64,000 bases of DNA, taken from positions 12,526,001 through 12,590,000 of the forward strand of contig NC_058383.1 in the NCBI RefSeq assembly GCF_018350175.1, read 5' to 3'. Numbering within the stretch: the stretch's first letter is position 1; each line of letters opens with the position of its first letter. The notes under the pieces are model-generated. The model saw only the letters and a program-made list of their open reading frames with translations, was not told the origin of the DNA and did no database searches. Positions 49,548 through 60,826 of this stretch are shown piece after piece. Source of the stretch: Felis catus. Taxonomy: Eukaryota. Both the position numbers and the translations under genes were made by a program.

Positions 49548-49845
49548 AGAGGTGCACAGAGGATCATCACACCCGGTACGGTACCATATGATGGATACGT
49601 GTCTTTGTACACTTGTCCGAACCCATAGCACGCACACCGCCAAGACAACCTATGGGTGATGATGACGTGTCCATGGAGGGTCATCGATTGTAACAAACAC
49701 ACCACTCCGGGGGGGCATGTTGGTGATGGGGAGGCCAGGCATGGGGGAGGCCAGGGGGGTAAGTAGGAAAATCTCCACACCTTCCTGTTAATTTTGCTGT
49801 GAACCTAAGACTTCTTGAAAAAACAGAAACTTAAAAAAAAAAAAA
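49548..49845 (+). mobile_element. L1MC-like 3' end
   Basis: TGTCCGAACCCATAG..GGGTGATGATGACGTGTC..CATCGATTGTAACAAA..AATTTTGCTGTGAACCTAA..A tail. Confidence 0.85.
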
Positions 49846-49849
49846 GTCC

Positions 49850-50190
49850 AGGATACAGAAATTAAATGACGCAGCCCTTCAGTTCCTAGGTATTTACCCA
49901 AGAGAAGTAAAAATGCATGCCTACAGAAATACCCGAACACGAACGTTCTTAGCAACTTACCAACTTGGAGGGCGTGTCTGTACTTCTTCACGGTAGCCAG
50001 AAACTAAAATCAATGTGAACGTCCCGCTTAGGGGAGATGATCAACAAATCGCAGTCTATTCCTATAATGGGATATCAATAACAAAAAGAAACAGACTATT
50101 GATACACAGTAAAAAAAAAAAAAAAAAGAAGAAGAAGAAGAAAAGGAAAGAAAAGAAAAGAAAAGGTACAATCTCAAAAACAAGCCTTCT
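49850..50190 (+). mobile_element. L1M fragment
   Basis: TCCTAGGTATTTACCCAAGAGAA..ATAACAAAAAGAAACAGACTATTGATACAC..AATCTCAAAAACA. Confidence 0.7.
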
Positions 50191-51512
50191 GATTTGGTGG
50201 ATCGTGGAGAGGTGAAGCGAGAGAACAGACGGCCGAATTAAGAGGGTCTTGCAGCGTCTAGGTAAGACATGTGGTGCCAGGCCTGCGGTGGTAGCAGCGA
50301 AAACAGAGGAAAATGAATGGAATTAAGAGAGATTTGAGATCTGGAAGAAATCAAGGCTGATTCCTGGGTTTTGAACTTCAGCAACAGAGTGGATGGTGAT
50401 GCCTTTACTGAGAGAGGAGCAGGATTGGCGGGGCTGGTCCCCAAGCCCGGTATCCTTGCCCTTGGGTAGTCTCTGAGCCCGCGCCAACCCTCAGCCCCAC
50501 TCTAGAGAAGGGCCAGCGCCCAGATGCCAAGGTTAGCCTGCACTGGCGGGCCCATGCCAAGAACCACAAAAGCCTCATTTTATTTAAAACACGGGGCTTG
50601 GCAGAATTCCCTACCTAGACAGAGACAACCCATTACTTCATCTCGGGAGCTGCATTACAGCCTCTGTTTTCGTGTATCTATTAGCCAGGCCTCTCAGCCG
50701 AAAATCCAACCATTCCATCAATCACTCCCCCCACCCCCGCCCCTCGCCCCGAGGCAGCAGAGGCCGGGATCCCGCAGTGGACATCCGACATCCCAAGACG
50801 TTTGCAACTGGGACCAAGCCCCACAGACTTTCCTGTTTGTGCACAGGGGGCCTCGTTGCTTTCTATTTTTAATTAAAAACAGATTTTTATCAAACCCCCC
50901 AAAATCTTTTGGGGGAACTGTAATTTTGCTTCCAATCTTCTTATTTAATACTCCCCTAATGCCCATAAAAAGCTTTGGAGTTTCAGCTCATGATTTGAAT
51001 CTTTACAGATAATTAGCTAGCAGGGTGACTTGGAGAGAGAAGCAGGTATATATTTTCACAACTTGGCCGGGAGTGGGTGGGTGAACCGTGGGAGAATCAT
51101 CCCCAGGCAGTCTTGGGACATCTCCGCTCCCGAAACATAAACACGCAATTCATTTAAAGGCACGATCATTCAGACTCCTTAATTGCTGCCAAAAAAAACC
51201 GCTTTCCCCTCTCACTTCTGAGGCACCTTATTCTAATGCCTCTTGGCTCTCCCGCCTCGACTTCCCCCTGCACGACCCCCACCCAGCGTTTCACTGACCC
51301 TGCTCCCCAGCACCGTGGCTCCTCCCACTCGCCCCTCACTCCCCATGGACAGGCCTCTCCTGTGTCTCCCTGCCCTCCTGCTCCTCCCCCTTCTCCATTT
51401 CTCCCCCTTTCAGACCCGGCGACTATTGTCACCCCCTTCTCTGTGGGTCAGGAACTGTGTTTTCACATATGTACTTATAAGCCTTACAGTAATCACAAGA
51501 AATAATAGCGTT

Positions 51513-51550
51513 ACACACACACACACAACCACACATGTACTCATTCACAC

Positions 51551-51596
<46 letters not shown>

Positions 51597-51597
51597 C
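51513..51597 (+). repeat. Imperfect (CA)n microsatellite
   Basis: Direct read. Confidence 0.92.
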
Positions 51598-51699
51598 GCT
51601 TTGACATTTAAAGAATCTGAGGCTCCTAGAGGTTAGAAAATGTACTCAAGCCCATTCATTTCTACTTTACTTTTTCTCCTTTTCCACTTCTCCTTCACA

Positions 51700-52593
51700 T
51701 ATGATAGATAGATGATAGATAGATAGATAGATACACAGAAGGACAGACAGACTGACAGAAGGGCAGACATTAGCATAGTTAGATAATAAAAGAAAGCTAG
51801 GGAGACACACAAAGACATAGGTGATATAGAAATAGATGGATAGGTGGATGGATGATACATGGATGATGGATGGATGGAAAAATTATAGACGGGTAGGTGA
51901 ATGGACAGATGGATGGATGGACAGATCTACTGATCAGTTGACAGATGATAGATGGGTGGATGGGTGGATGGGTGGATGGATGGATAAATTATAGACGGGT
52001 AGGTGAATGGACAGATGGATGGATGGATAGATCTACTGATCAGTTGATAGATGATAGATGGGTGGATGGGTGGATGGAAGGATGGATGGATAAATTATAG
52101 ATGGGTAGGTGAATGGACAGATGGATGGATGGACAGATCTACTGATCAGTTGATAGATGATAGATGGGTGGATGGGTGGATGGGCGGATGGGTAGATGGG
52201 TGGATGGATGGGTGGATGGAAGGGTGGATGGAAGGATGAATGGATGGATGGATGGATGGATGGATGAATTATAGACAGTTGGGGAATGGACAGATGGATG
52301 GATGGGTAGATCTATTGATCAGTTGATAGATGATAGATGGGTGGATGGGTGGATGGATGGATGGTTGGATAAATTATAGACGGGTAGGTGAATGGACAGA
52401 TGGATGGATGGATAGATCTACTGATCAGTTGATAGATGATAGATGGGTGGATGGGTCGATGGAAGGATGGATGGATGGATGGATAAATTGTAGATGGGTA
52501 GGTGAATGGACAGATGGATGGATGGGTAGATCTACTGAGCAGTTGACAGATGATAGATGGGTGGATGGGTGGATGGATGGATGATAAATAGAC
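51700..52593 (+). repeat. GATA/GGAT-derived compound repeat with six approximately 106-bp higher-order units
   Basis: Units start at 51880, 51986, 52092, 52266, 52371 and 52485 (AAATTATAGA..GGTGAATGGACAGATG..AGATCTACTGATCAGTTGA..). Confidence 0.95.
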
Positions 52594-52944
52594 AGGGGGA
52601 AGAAGTGGGACTTGAGCAGCTGGCAAAAAATTAACCAAATACCTCACTCCACCTTTTTGTCCATCTTCTCATGAAGCCCTCTCAGTAACATTTCCCCCCT
52701 CCACCTTTCATCTCTGTGCTAGCTTACCGCTAGTTCAGTGAAAACTCCTTGAGGTAGATTTTAAAGGCTGGAAACAAGAAAGTAACGAAGAGGCCACTTG
52801 ACTGCCCAGGTGTGAATCAGGACACATGAGATGGTGGGTGTGAAGGCTGTTTCTTGAAACACAGTGAGGCTCTCAAAGGTGGGAAGGTGTCAGAATCATC
52901 CATAACTGAACAGAGTTCAAGGGCCCAGGGAAGGTGGCTTATAC

Positions 52945-53100
52945 CAGTGGTTTTCCACCTCACTGTGCATTTGAATCACCCAGATGGCTTCTCAAAATAC
53001 AGACTGTTGGTTCGATAAGTAGGGCCCGAGAATGCACATTTCCGGCAAGTTCCTAGACGCTGCTGCTGCTGGACCAGGGACCTCCCTCGAAGGACCTTTG
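52945..53100. mobile_element. MER5-like hAT MITE
   Basis: CAGTGGTTTTCCACCT..GAATCACC..GGGCCCGAGAATGCACATTTC..CAAGTTCC..GCTGCTGGACCAGGGACC. Confidence 0.75.
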
Positions 53101-54982
53101 CTTCTCGCAAATTCTTTGCAGTGATCAAAGGTTAATTTGGCTGTTATGGTGATGTTCCATCATGTCTCTTTTAATTAAACTGTGTAATCCGGCACATTTG
53201 CAAATGAAGGAAACAATGCTGGTTCGATTGTTTCCGAGGTCGAGTCAAGATTTCAGAGGATGACCGATTGGAAATGATCCACTGAACTCCCCACCCCCCG
53301 TGTTTTCTGACACCGTCTGGAACTCTCATCCCTGCCCGCCACGGTCCTAACCCACCGGCCTCCTCGTCCTGCGTGATGAGAGCAAAATCTTGTCCGTCTT
53401 GCTTTCCATTGGAACTCTGAGCTAAAACTCTATCTGGAATGTGTGTGTGTGCGCGCGCGCCCGTGTGTCTGTACGCGTATATAGACTCACACAATGTAAA
53501 AACGTGTGTGAGTGCTGCGCCTGGTGAACGAATGAGCCGGTGAATGGATAGGTTGCCCTGTACAATAAGACTGCCATGAAATGGGCAGGAGAACGGGCTC
53601 AGAGATGGCCCACCTGGGCTGGAGGCCCCGTTCCACCATAGAGAGTGGCTGTGCCACTCAGGGCTCAGAGCCCTGAGCAGGAAATCTCTGATACACCATT
53701 GCTCCTTATCCTAACAGGACCCCCTTCCCCAGGCGGGGTCCCTTCTGTAAGTACATTTAGCTCCTCGACGGAAGGCATCTGGCCTCCCCAGCCCTATGCT
53801 CATTTGGCACCAGCTCAGAAGAGCCCCAGTGAAGTGGAAAAGTCCTTCCAGCAGTATAAAAACTACTCGTATTGATCTCCCCCTTACCGTAGCGCCTCTC
53901 TCTCTCTCTCTCTCTCTCTCCATTCCTGGTGTTTCTTGCTCTTCTGATTGTACACACCCTCCCGTAGGCTTCACGCTTGACACGAGATCCCCTGGACTTT
54001 GCAAAGAGAGCGTGTGACCCTCCCCACTGTGTCACATTCAACATTGTTTCTCGCAGCCGGGAACCTAATTGACAAGGCCCAGCGCGTAATGAGAAAGGGG
54101 GTCCTTGGGTTCAAAAGTGATCAGGAATGTCAGGACAGGGACAGTGGAGCATGGAAGCACGTGCAGGACCCTTGACGTGTGGGCTCCTGGATAAATTTCT
54201 GCACAGAGCAGAGAGACTCCGCATCCTACCCGCCGCCCCAGCTCTGGGGGAGCTCTGTCCTCATCTGACATTTTGTCTAAGGCCCTTACAGGGTGGCCCT
54301 TGAATTTATCTCCCTCATGGGCGTTCTTCGGTTTCCAGTACAAGTGTTTCTTGCCTGCCAGTCCTGTGGGGTCCCTTTGAAGTAGCTTCTCAAGTGGCCC
54401 TCCCTGACCTGATAGAATACTCAAACAGGTGGCTAAAAGAAACCCCTCAGGGGACGGTTCGCATCCCCTTCCTTCCCTGCCTCGCCTCAACCGCTGACTC
54501 CTGGCAGAAACGGTGTTCGTTCTCCCTCCAGAGCAGTGGGCGTCGTGAAATGGACTTGAACGGAGCTGCTCGCAGGTGCCCGCCGAGACGGGCATTTTTC
54601 CTCTTCCGGTGAAGGAAAACAGTGAAGTCCTGGGAACCACACCCCGATTCTCAAAATGGGTCAGCTCATTATCGGCAGGCATTCTCAGAGGCCGCAAGGG
54701 GAAAACAAGTCAAATACAAAACGGCTATTAACTTCCCCAAGTTGCAGACCAGCTGGGGAAATTAGGAAAACTAATAGAAAAATAAATCTTGCGACCCTGA
54801 CAACGAGGCGACTCACAAATGGAAAAGAGGAGATCAGTCACAGGGGGAGGGTCGTTTCCCTCGGACAGCACCTGTCTAGTGGGGCTGCATTCCGGATCCC
54901 CCTGGGGAAAGGTTAAGGAGAATTAAAGAGGGTTCTGGAATCGGGTTGCACCTTAAAATCAAGCAGGGAGCTTTAAAAAAAT

Positions 54983-55208
54983 GTTTTTTAATGTTTTTAT
55001 TTATTTTTGAGAGAGGGAGAGACAGAGACAGAGTGCCAACAGGGAAAAGGCAGAGAGAGAGGGAGACACAGAATCCGAAGCAGGCTCCGGGCTCTGAACT
55101 GTCAGCACAGAGCCCAACGCGGGACTCGAACTCACCAACCTCACGAACCGAGAATCATGACCCGAGCCGAGGTTGGATGCCTAACGGACTGAGCCACTCA
55201 GGTGCCCC
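54983..55208 (-). mobile_element. Can-SINE (Fc2-like)
   Basis: Antisense SINE; degenerate TSD AAG..GGGAGCTTT. Confidence 0.93.
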
Positions 55209-55299
55209 TCAAGTTGGGAGCTTTTAAACCAAAACTAAAGCAAACCTGAGCCCAGGCACTACCATGGGCAATTCAAAAGAATTCCTTCTCTATGAAAAG

Positions 55300-55620
55300 T
55301 TACTTTTGTAGCTTTTTACATAGAATATTTTAATAAAATGCAACATACACAGAACACTATGCTCAAGGTTCACAAATCTCATCCAATTTTCATAATTAAT
55401 TAATCGGTCAGGACCAATCTTGCCCTCCATCCTCTCTCCGCCCCCCAAAGTACAATTCTTTTGAAGCAAATCCCAGATGCCACATTCAGAATGTTCTCTT
55501 AAAGATGGTTCTGTAAAAAAAAATAACCACAATACCATATCACACCAAAAAAATTAGCAAACAAACTCTCTGTAATAGTAATTCCTCAGATAATCTGTCA
55601 AAATCTAATTTCTCATTTGA
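55300..55620. mobile_element. Old L1ME-like fragments
   Basis: ATAAAATGCAACATACACAGAA..GAAGCAAATCCCAGATG..AAAATAACCACAATACCATATCACACCAAAAAAATTA. Confidence 0.6.
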
Positions 55621-55637
55621 TACATGTTTTAAATTTT

Positions 55638-55867
55638 TTTTTAATTTTTTTTTCAACGTTTTATTTTTTTTTTATTATTTTTGGGACAGAGAGAGACAGA
55701 GCATGAACGAGGGAGGGGCAGAGAGAGAGGGAGACACAGAATCGGAAACAGGCTCCAGGCTCTGAGCCATCAGCCCAGAGCCTGACGCGGGGCTCGAACT
55801 CACGGACCGCGAGATCATGACCTGGCTGAAGTCGGATGCTTAACCGACTGCGCCACCCAGGCGCCCC
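55638..55867 (-). mobile_element. Young felid Can-SINE (SINEC_Fc-like)
   Basis: TSD CATGTTTTAAATTTT at 55623-55637 and 55868-55882. Confidence 0.96.
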
Positions 55868-55882
55868 CATGTTTTAAATTTT

Positions 55883-56081
55883 AATGTTTATTCTAGAGAG
55901 AGAGAGAGAGATAGTGAAAGTGGGGGAGGGGCAGAGAGAGAGGGAGACACAGAATTCGAAGCAGGCTCCAGGCTCCGAGCTGTCAGCCCAGAGCCCGACG
56001 CGGGGCTCGAACTCACGGACCGCGAGATCATGTTCTGAGCCGAAGTCGGACGTTTAACCGACTGAGCCACCCAGGCGCCCC
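55883..56081 (-). mobile_element. Can-SINE (Fc2-like) whose tail received the younger copy
   Basis: Antisense SINE ending CCACCCAGGCGCCCC. Confidence 0.94.
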
Positions 56082-56194
56082 TCCTTTTTTTTTTTTAAAT
56101 GAAGAAATGAAGACAGGTGTCCTGTGCAACTTCTCGCCAGAAAACACGTTGTCCCCTCTTTTCTTAAACAAATGTAGAACACCACACTCTTTTA

Positions 56195-56299
56195 GCTTTT
56201 TTTTTTTCTTTAAAGAAACTTTGTGTCCAATGTGGGGCTTACATTCAAGATCCTGAGATCAAGCCACATGCCCTAGCGACTGAGCCAGCCCCACACCCC
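56195..56299 (-). mobile_element. Short ancestral Can-SINE (SINEC_old-like)
   Basis: CCAATGTGGGGCTT..CCTGAGATCAAG..GACTGAGCCAGCC; flanked by C..TTAGCTTTTTT on both sides. Confidence 0.75.
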
Positions 56300-57469
56300 A
56301 CACGCTCTTAGCTTTTTTCACTGATTCCTGGAGCTTGCTCTCCCTCCGCCCCCCACCCCCCACCCCTGCTCTGCAGAGAGGCTCACTCCTTTCCACAGGT
56401 GCCTGATACCCTATCATGGGGATGGGCCACGGATCGTTCTGGGCTATTTCTAGTTTTTCGCTAGTACAAATAGAGCTGAAGTATGGAAACTTATGCGTAT
56501 GACTTTTATTTTCTGCCTCCCTGGTGGATCTGACGGGCAGCCAGGGTTGAGAACTTCTGATCTAGAGAGAAAAGCAGGCTGTTAAGAGACCTCAGTTTGG
56601 GTCCCAGCTCTGCCCTTAACGTCCCCCTTGGAAAAGCTGGATAGAAAGATCTGGATAAAATATCTGGATAATAAGCTACCCCACAGATGGTGGAGAGAGT
56701 TGAACGAGCTAACGCAGGCGAGGAGCTTAAATTCATTCTCAGCACATTTTAAGAGGTTCGTGTGGTGCTGTTGTTGCCGTGAACCTTTAAATGTCTGATA
56801 CGGCTTCCCTGCCCGGTTCCTCGGCGGTCCCGACCCCCTCAGGATGTCGGCACAACAAACTCAGATCATCGCCGCGAAATTTCTTGAAACAGCTCTAATC
56901 TCCTGAGGATGCAGAGAAGGGGTATTGTCTTCCTCACCACGATCCCCGAGGGCGGGGGGGGGGGGGGGCCACGGGGCAAGCGGTCACTTCAGTGTGGTGA
57001 CACCCTCGTCTCTGGAGCTGCCCACCCAAGGCTCCCTGACCCAACCGAGTCAGTGAGACGACCTGTCAATTCACTCAAACCCCTAATTTCATCGATTTTT
57101 TATTTTCTACTAAATTGACAGACTGAGTACATTGACCACATCGACTGGCTGTTTGGATATCATTTAGACCCAGCTTGAGTGGAGCTAATCACGAAGAGGG
57201 AAATGATTATTATTGACATTGCCGCAATGATCAGACACCCCGCAAGCTGGGACCCTCCCCGTGTCTACCTCTTCCTGTTGTTGCCGGGTCCAGGCTCGGA
57301 GAACAAACCCACTGCACCGCATTACAGAGGAGATCAAAGCAGAGGGCAGAGGGGGAGCGGGGGCTTTGAAAAGGAGCGATCGATACAGAAGTGTGCATTA
57401 TTATTACTACCCAGTTCTACACGTGTGGCAGAGCTAACAGAGCCAAGGGGAGTTAGAGGCTCCCCTGGG

Positions 57470-57887
57470 AGGGTGAAGGATGAATGGCCCCCAATCCCCG
57501 GAACCGGTGAGTGTTACTTAACTTGGCAAAAGGGACCTTGAAGATGTGATTAAATTAAAGATCCTGAGAGGGGGAGATTTTCCTGGACCGCGTGGGTAGG
57601 CCCAGCGTACCCACCGCCGTCCCCATAGGAGGGAGACCGGGAGGGGATGTGGCCACGGGAGGGCAGCAGAGTGGGTGACGATGGGAGCGAGCGGGTGCGG
57701 GGACGGGAGAAGGCCCAGAGGCCCGCAGTGCAGACAGACTCCGGAAACTGGCAAAGGCAAGCACAGGGATTTTCCTCTAGAGACTCTGGAAGGAACCAGC
57801 TTTGCCAATGCCTCGATGTGGGCCCGGTGACACCAGTTTGGGGCTTCTGGCTTCCAGAACTGTGAGAGAGCCCTCAGGAACCAACAC
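57470..57887 (+). mobile_element. MaLR LTR (MLT1C/D-like)
   Basis: AATCCCCGGAACC..TGGCAAAAGGGAC..GATGTGATTAAATTAAAGATCCTGAGA..TTCTGGCTTCCAGAACTGTGAGA. Confidence 0.88.
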
Positions 57888-58398
57888 GCTCACACCAGTG
57901 GTCTCCTAGCTGCGATCCTCAGGGCGGAAGGGGTGCCGAAGGACTAAAATGGATCCAAATCCATTGTTCTCAACATGGGTTCCATGTAAGATTGCACGGG
58001 GGAGGGGGGTAGGGGGGTAGACAGCAACCTGAAACAGAGGAGGTTGATAGTCGCGCATCCGAAGCACAGGAAACACTTGGCTCAGTGCCTGGCACATCAT
58101 GAAAATAAGACGAGGTCGTGGAAGTGGTTGTGGTAGTTATCACCCTGCTCCAATTCCTTCGTTTCCCCGATGACAAACCACTGCTCAGTGCTGTTGAGTG
58201 ACTCATCCAACGGCATCCAGCTCTTAGCAGGAGGATCAGTAATAATAGAACCCGGGTCTGTACAATCACGGCGACTACTGCAGCCGGGACCCTGGATCTC
58301 CACCCCCCCCCAATGGTTAATGCCACCAGCTGCCTTACGTCACCGAGGCCTTAACTGTCGTATGACAATACCGTGCCTTACGTTAAAATCAAACTTCC

Positions 58399-58611
58399 GG
58401 GCGCCTGGGTGGCTCCGTCGGTTGAGCGTCCGACTTCGGCTCAGGTCATGATCTCACGGTCGGTGAGTTCGAGCCCCACGTCCCGCTCTGTGCTGACATC
58501 TCAGAGCCTGGAGCCTGCTTCCGATTCTGTGTCCCCTCTCTCTGCCCCTCCCCCGCTCATGCTCTCTCTCTCTGTGTCTCAAAAATGAATAAACGTTAAA
58601 AAAAATTTGTT
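58399..58611 (+). mobile_element. Can-SINE (Fc2-like) with TSD
   Basis: TSD AATCAAACTTCC at 58387-58398 and 58612-58623. Confidence 0.95.
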
Positions 58612-58649
58612 AATCAAACTTCCGCATAAAGGCTGTTTTTATCTTATGC

Positions 58650-58815
58650 TTTATTTTAAGCTTATTTATTTATTTTGAGAGGGGGTAGGGGCAGCTAGAG
58701 CTAGGGAGAGAGCGAACTCCAAGCAGGCTCCACGCTGTCAGCACAGAGCCCAACACGGGGCTCGAACTCACGATCGTGAGGCACTTAACCAACGTAACTG
58801 CCACCCAGGTGCCCC
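58650..58815 (-). mobile_element. Can-SINE, internally deleted
   Basis: CCAAGCAGGCTCCACGCTGTCAGCACAGAGCCC..GGGCTCGAACTCACG..CCACCCAGGTGCCCC. Confidence 0.9.
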
Positions 58816-59900
58816 GATTTTATGCCTTGTGTTTCCGAAGCCATTGCCAACTTCCAAGGGAGGGGGCCGGCCAGTCCGGGAGCTCCGCGTGCCGCCCATC
58901 ACCTTGGCGGGCCCAGGTGCCAACGGGTGATGTCGGATCAGAAAAGGGGGGCTGTGTCTGGTTCTCCCCCGCCTCTGCCCCCAGCAGCCGGAGACATGAA
59001 CTCGGCTCTGCCTGCTGAGCAGATTGTCGAGGAGATGGCGGGGCGGGGCCGGGGCATGGGGACAGGGACAGCGAGGCAGCGGCAGAAGCAGCTGCTGGCT
59101 CATTAAGGGCACTCGAGTGAAATCTGGGCCACACGGGCCCAGCCATATGCTCACGCGCAAACCACAGCTGTCTGCCGCCGGGTCTCCTCGCAACAGCAGC
59201 AGCCGAGGCGACACGTTCGCCCAGCTTCTGGAGGCGATTCTCTTGCTGCTCAGTGGCTGCTCTGACGTCCCACCGAGGAGGCGGCCCCTGGGCCCGGCGT
59301 CAGGCAAGAGGAATAGGGCTTGCAGCCAGGGCCAGTCCTGCGAAATTGCACTGCAGGAGAACTAGAAGAGGGGTGACACACAGCCCGTGGTCACGGCCAC
59401 ACCCAGCGCTCTCCGTGACCTCGCCTACGGAGGCGTGGCTTCTTTTCTAAGTAAAGCTCCTCCCCTGCGTTCGCTCGAGGTTCTCGGCCACCTCGTCCCT
59501 ACTCAGCCCTCCAAGGCTTCTTCCCATGCTTCCAGTCCGCCCAAACGGGATGAGGTAGTCGCTGGCCCCTTGGAACACGAGCTTCACGAGGGAGGCGGCT
59601 TTGAGCATCTTTTCAGTGCTCTGTCCCCATTCCCCGTGGGCCTGGAACACGGCGGGCCTTGCAAATACCTGTGAAGGAATGAGTGCCACTCATTCAATAC
59701 GTGCTGGGTACTGAACACCATGCCAGGCGGCGACTGGTGCGCGAATTTCGCCCGGTTTCTACACCTCTTTGTGTCTAACCCTCACTTACAGGATGTCCAT
59801 AAGTCTAAACACGAAGGCAAATCTCCACAATGCCCTCAAGGATGTCTCCGACGGGTTAAAATAGAAAATAACAAGATTTCCAGACTTTAAGAACACTCCA

Positions 59901-60127
59901 GAGGCGCCTGGGTGGCTCCGTCGGTTACGCTTCCGAACTTCGGCTCAGGTCACGATCTCGAGGTTTGTGAGTCCGAGCCCCGCGTCGGGCTCTGTGCTGA
60001 CAGCTCGGAGCCTGGAGCCTGCTTCGGATTCTGTGTCTCCCTCTCTGTCTGCCCCTCTCCCTGCTCGCGTTCTGTCTGTGTCGGTCTCTCAAAAATGAAT
60101 AAATGTTTAAAAAACAATTATTTTTTA
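59901..60127 (+). mobile_element. Can-SINE (Fc2-like)
   Basis: Full SINE; TSD AAGAACACTCCA / AAGAACACCCTA. Confidence 0.95.
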
Positions 60128-60339
60128 AAGAACACCCTAGAGAGCATTGGGTTAATAACACATTTGTTGTCGCTGACCCAGAGTACAGCTCGGGCGGTTA
60201 GCGGTTATTCTCATGTTGCTATTTTTACAAAGATTAATAAAACAGCCCTCAGTGTAGGAGACAAACAAGTCAACAGTTACCGTCCAAAGTGAGAGGGGCT
60301 GTCACAGAAGTAAGGACAAGGCCCCGTGTGGCCCCAGAC

Positions 60340-60614
60340 TCTCTTAAAATGTATCTAGAACCACAACCTTTGCACATCATATCCACTGGGCCTATTCTAG
60401 TCCAGGCCACCCACATTCTCAGGTTATTTCAGTGGCCCTCCCAACTCTTCTCTCTTCCCCCCCCCACGCCCACCCCCCACCCCTACAGTCTATTCTCAAC
60501 CCAGCAGCCAGGGATCCTGCTAGAATGTAAGTCGGCCCTTGTCGCTCCTCTGTTCAAAATCTCCAGTGCCCCCCCCCCCTCCACCAACTCCCTCCAAGTG
60601 AAAACCAAAGTTAC
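60340..60614 (+). mobile_element. L2 fragment
   Basis: CTAGTCCAGGCCACC..CCCTACAGTCTATTCTCAACCCAGCAGCCAGGG..CTCCTCTGTTCAAAATCTCCAGTG. Confidence 0.8.
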
Positions 60615-60748
60615 GGGGCAGCCAGGTGGCTCAGTCAGTTGAGCATCTGACTCTTGACTTCAGCTCGGGTCCTGAGCCCAGGGTTGTGGGATTATACCCA
60701 GCATAGAGCCTGCTTGGGATTCTCTCTCTCCCACTGCCCCTCTCCCCT

Positions 60749-60791
<43 letters not shown>

Positions 60792-60800
60792 ATAAAAATA
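60615..60800 (+). mobile_element. Older Can-SINE
   Basis: GGGGCAGCCAGGTGGCTCAGTC..GAGCCTGCTTGGGATTCTC..(CT)n; TSD AAAACCAAAGTTAC / AAAAACAGAGTTAC. Confidence 0.9.
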
Positions 60801-60826
60801 AAAAACAGAGTTACTACTGCCATACC

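Noticed and set aside
33704..50957. Identical 15-mer ATTTAATACTCCCCT at 33704-33718 and 50943-50957, both in enhancer-like blocks
   Set aside because: About two chance 15-mer matches are expected in 64 kb (64000 squared / 2 / 4^15), so it is not significant alone.
51880..52593. CRISPR-like repeat/spacer appearance with palindromic core
   Set aside because: Spacers are only GGAT/GGGT runs, there are no cas genes, and the DNA is mammalian.
58768..59674. Overlapping ORFs in a CpG-rich patch
   Set aside because: Open on both strands without domain similarity; explained by GC content.
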